Shown: positions 63,184 to 64,000 of the stretch, piece after piece
Position numbering within the stretch: the first letter of the stretch is position 1
Layout: each line of letters opens with the position of its first letter
Source: Tagaea sp.
Lineage (GTDB): Bacteria; Pseudomonadota; Alphaproteobacteria; CACIAM-22H2
Length of the DNA: 64,000 nucleotides
NCBI GenBank assembly: GCA_965279525.1
Contig: CBDIIB010000002.1
Location: 192,001-256,000 of the forward strand
Reading direction: 5' to 3'
Position numbers and translations under genes: made by a program
Notes under the pieces: model-generated
Databases searched by the model: none
The model's input: the letters and a program-made list of their open reading frames with translations, nothing else
Told to the model about the DNA's origin: nothing

Positions 63184-63210
63184 TGTCATTATCACCTCTC
63201 TACAATGACA
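63184..63210. promoter_or_regulatory. Inverted repeat upstream of the GlxA-like regulator
   Basis: TGTCATT-N13-AATGACA in an AT-rich stretch. Confidence 0.45.
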
Positions 63211-63333
63211 ATAATGCATCTGGCTGACGGAACTCGGGATCGCGAATGTCCCGTGACCGAACCCTGACCGAGCCCCGCAATGTCCGCCGACCGAAGCCTT
63301 GCCAGCGCGCTGCAATTCGCCCAGCCCGATCAC

Positions 63334-64000
63334 ATGTCGGACGACATCATCGATGTCGCCGTCCTGCTGCTCGATGGCGGCTTCGCGTCGACCGGCATCG
63401 CGCCGATCGAGATATTCTCGTCGGCCGGCGTGATCTGGAACTGGCTGAGCGGTCTCGACCAGCGCCCGCGATTCCGCGTCAAGGTCACCTCGCTCGACGG
63501 GAAAATCGTGCGCGGCATGTGCGGCATGTCCATGGCGGCCGAGTGCGCGATCGGCGACGTGGCGAAGGCGGATATCGTCGTCATTTCGGCATCGAGCTGG
63601 AACATTCAGGATGACGTGCTGCGCGACGGGCGGCTGATGGACTGGATCCGCGGCTGGCACGCGAAGGGGACCTATATCGTGGGGATCTGCTCGGCGGTCG
63701 CCTTCGTGGCCGAAAGCGGCTTGCTCGACGGACGCATCGCGACGACGCATTGGGGCGTCGCCGAGAATTTCCGGCAGCGCTATCCGGCGGTGCGGTGGCA
63801 CCCCGACCGTTTCGTGACCGAGGACGAGCGCGTGCTGTGCAGTGGCGGCGTTTACGGTGCCGCCGACGTCAGTCTCTATCTCGTCGAAAAATTCTGCGGG
63901 CGCGAAGTGGCGTTGCAGACCGCGAAATCCCTTTGTCTGAGCATGCCGCGCAGCTGTCAGTCCGGCTACGCGGCGCTGCCGCAAGCCCGCCCGCATTCCG
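63334..64000 (+). CDS. GlxA-family AraC regulator (DJ-1/PfpI N-terminal domain), 3' end outside window
   Basis: Not in the ORF track; manual translation MSDDIIDVAVL...GICSAVAFVAESGLLDGRIATTHW...LCSGG; alternative start 63280. Confidence 0.88.
   Translation, partial: MSDDIIDVAVLLLDGGFASTGIAPIEIFSSAGVIWNWLSGLDQRPRFRVKVTSLDGKIVRGMCGMSMAAECAIGDVAKADIVVISASSWNIQDDVLRDGRLMDWIRGWHAKGTYIVGICSAVAFVAESGLLDGRIATTHWGVAENFRQRYPAVRWHPDRFVTEDERVLCSGGVYGAADVSLYLVEKFCGREVALQTAKSLCLSMPRSCQSGYAALPQARPHS

Overview
GC-rich chromosomal segment of an alphaproteobacterium, probably Rhodospirillales-like (inferred from the Fur box, the MCP-PilZ fusion and the carA-carB-greA / lrp-ELM1-trxB-LysR gene order). Core genes are rpmJ, glcDEF, carAB, greA, lrp, trxB, an LsrB/VtlR-type LysR, yqeY, dnaG, rpoD and tRNA-Ile2(CAT). 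A ~27 kb block of accessory genes lies between greA and lrp. It contains a chromate-resistance operon (SOD-rhodanese fusion, short ChrB/F, ChrA, RNHCP protein), two tandem putative antiporters, a degenerate GIY-YIG gene, an MCP-PilZ receptor, a complete heme-uptake operon with a Fur box, a TauD/GntR/ABC cluster with a frameshifted permease, a GGDEF cyclase, SorAB-like genes and a RelE/HigA toxin-antitoxin pair. Further right are a polyamine ABC/aminotransferase operon, an msrP with no neighbouring msrQ, and a large unknown His/Cys-rich protein. The best novelty candidates are non-coding: a structured, switch-like 5' leader of the chr operon, an anti-SD-bearing sRNA after the LysR gene, a repeat-flanked hairpin between hemP and the heme receptor, and a 10-bp repeat array beside the TA module. 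No CRISPR array, integrase or transposase was seen. All calls come from reading motifs by eye; no database searches were run.
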